A stretch of DNA of 64,000 nucleotides from assembly GCA_021613535.1 (NCBI GenBank), contig CP075497.1:3782001-3846000 (forward strand), written 5' to 3'. The notes below the pieces were generated by a model. That model saw only the letters and a list, made by a program, of their open reading frames with translations, searched no databases and was not told the origin of the DNA. This stretch comes from Adineta vaga (taxonomy: Eukaryota > Animalia > Rotifera). Below, piece after piece: positions 62,405 through 64,000 of the stretch. Each line of letters opens with the position of its first letter. Position 1 is the first letter of the stretch. A program made the position numbers and the translations under genes.

Positions 62405-62903
62405 ATTATCGTAAACGACTGTTTACGGTCGAATACGGTGAGTGTATATTGCACCCAGGAGAATGGAAGCAGTATTCCAATCGGAATTTCTCGGACTGTT
62501 CCGATGAATTCCGGTCGAAATTGTCGGAAAACGACTGGAACTTACTAGAAGTTAGTCAGAAGCGAGCGGAAAATCCGAAAATATCTGGTTCGGAATCCTG
62601 CTTCCATGAAATTACCGGAATGTTCTGGTTCCGGTGGAATCCGGCTTGGATTTTTCGACCTGGGCAGTATTTACATCTAACGTTTACGGCATTTTACGAT
62701 ACAATTCGGCTGTCGTTCACAGTCATCATACTCAATTAGGATAGTCGTAGACGGTGAACGTTCTCGATAGCTGTTTACGTTAACCGTAATATACCGTAAA
62801 ACACCGTATACGACTATCTCGGACGATCACTGTAAACAGCCACCGTTTTCCGTCGTAAATCGTCTATGTACGGCCGTTTACGTCCAGGCGACTTCGACCT
62901 GGG
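62405..62903. mobile_element. Older, 5'-truncated related MITE hosting the above; ends TTCGACCTGGG
   Basis: TTTACG/CGTAAA/ATACG subrepeats lie on both sides of the inner element; it has the same TTCGACCTGGG right end at 62893-62903. Confidence 0.6.
62454..62664. mobile_element. 211-bp MITE with CCCAGG...CCTGGG termini and a 2-bp CA target-site duplication
   Basis: CA|CCCAGG at 62452-62459 and CCTGGG|CA at 62659-62666; internal CGGAA/TTCCG repeats in both orientations; GC-richer than the flanks. Confidence 0.75.
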
Positions 62904-63168
62904 TTGTATTGCCTGTAGTATCTGAAGGCATGTTCTATTGCATATACCTTTTCGTTTAATGAATACACAGAAAAAGAAAGTAGATAGTGTGAAATTAGTG
63001 AAGCGAATCATTATCGAATCACGCTTCACGATAACTGCAGTATGCGCACATATTTTTTGCTTTTTTTTAGTAGAAAATATACATTTTCGCTGAAATTTAC
63101 TTCGATCAATCGAGAAAACATTGTTTATTAAAATTATCAATGAATTTTTGACTCTGTTGGCCATGTCT

Positions 63169-63182
63169 GGGGGGGGGGGGGG
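63169..63182 (+). repeat. Poly-G tract (14 G)
   Basis: Read directly from the sequence. Confidence 0.9.
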
Positions 63183-63685
63183 CGGTGTCTAAATCTCTGC
63201 CCTCAGACACTTCAGCATTCTCTTTTAGATCGTGTTTCAAAAAACGGTATCAAATGAGCGATAAACAACCTCTGTTGAAGGCAACATCCAAATTACTTGA
63301 TAATGAGGACGACGGTGATGAGAATATTACAGATAACAAGAAAGTTGCATCGAACACGTATATAATATTTAATTTCTATGAAAAAAATATAACCCATTTA
63401 TTATATACAAGTAACGCTCGTCGGGCCGACTCACTTAACCCTCGACTGTAGAGGACGCCTATTTTCGGCTTGTCTCACTAGTGCGATGATTTCATATAGA
63501 AATTCAAGATACGAGAAAACGGCTCTCATGTTATTGTTGAAATATGTATTAAATTTCGAAAACAGGATATTAACTCTTTTGTGGTGAGATCAATTTCACC
63601 GACAGCCATCTGTATACTCCTACCCACTGTTTCACCCAACGTCCAAGTCAACACCCCCACACATGATTTCACCCAACAACAAGGT

Positions 63686-63768
63686 CCACACTCACACTCA
63701 CACCCACACCCACACCCTAACCCTCAACCACACCCACACACACCCTCACCCACACCCACACACCCTCA
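63686..63768 (+). repeat. (CACACC/CACACT)n simple repeat
   Basis: Hexamer-like tandem repeat. Confidence 0.8.
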
Positions 63769-63912
63769 AGATGTTCTTTCTTTTTCGTTTTCTTTTCTTA
63801 TCAGATGATCGTCATTATTGTATTTGTAGATGTTATAAAAAGTAAGGTAGTTTGTATTCTCTCATTCTTACATTCGTTGTTGGTGGAAATATCCACAAAT
63901 ATCATAGTCTAA

Positions 63913-64000
63913 ATGGAAGAACGAGACTATGTTCGTGAAGCTCGTCGTAAAGCCATGATCGAAAAATCTTATGCTGACAAGGAGAAGCATACAATATCAT
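63913..64000 (+). CDS. Possible 5' end of a gene running off the window (MEERDYVREARRKAMIEKSY...)
   Basis: ATG 5 nt after an AG acceptor; frame open to the window end. Confidence 0.35.
   Translation, partial: MEERDYVREARRKAMIEKSYADKEKHTIS

Noticed and set aside
63581-63845. HP/HT-repeat ORFs
   Set aside because: Products of a CACACC simple repeat that is open in several frames.

Overview
AT-rich, gene-dense eukaryotic DNA with many short (about 45-65 nt) GT-AG introns. The gene content and style suggest a bdelloid rotifer (inferred, not proven). I reconstructed about 14 intron-containing genes by hand. They are an unknown coiled-coil protein, a small N-myristoylation-motif protein, a SAT/SSAT-like GNAT acetyltransferase, a small multi-TM protein, a zinc-finger protein, HECTD1, an XK-like membrane protein, an F-box/LRR gene with a decayed tandem paralogue, eEF2, a BTB protein, a class XV myosin, an MYND-finger protein and the NALCN leak channel. 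The last 3.5 kb holds repeat and MITE debris. Best findings outside the ORF track: (1) the two unusually long eEF2 introns each hold a snoRNA, one box C/D and one box H/ACA, with readable rRNA guide sequences. (2) NALCN has a hard-wired EKEE selectivity filter with no alternative pore exon, and a pseudoknot-like structure lies in the intron just before the domain II pore exon. (3) A phase-incompatible, ATG-bearing exon right after the myosin IQ motifs suggests a headless myosin XV isoform. (4) Myosin XV appears to lack SH3 and HECTD1 appears to lack MIB/HERC2. No CRISPR array, tRNA or rRNA was seen. Exon boundaries are manual and approximate.
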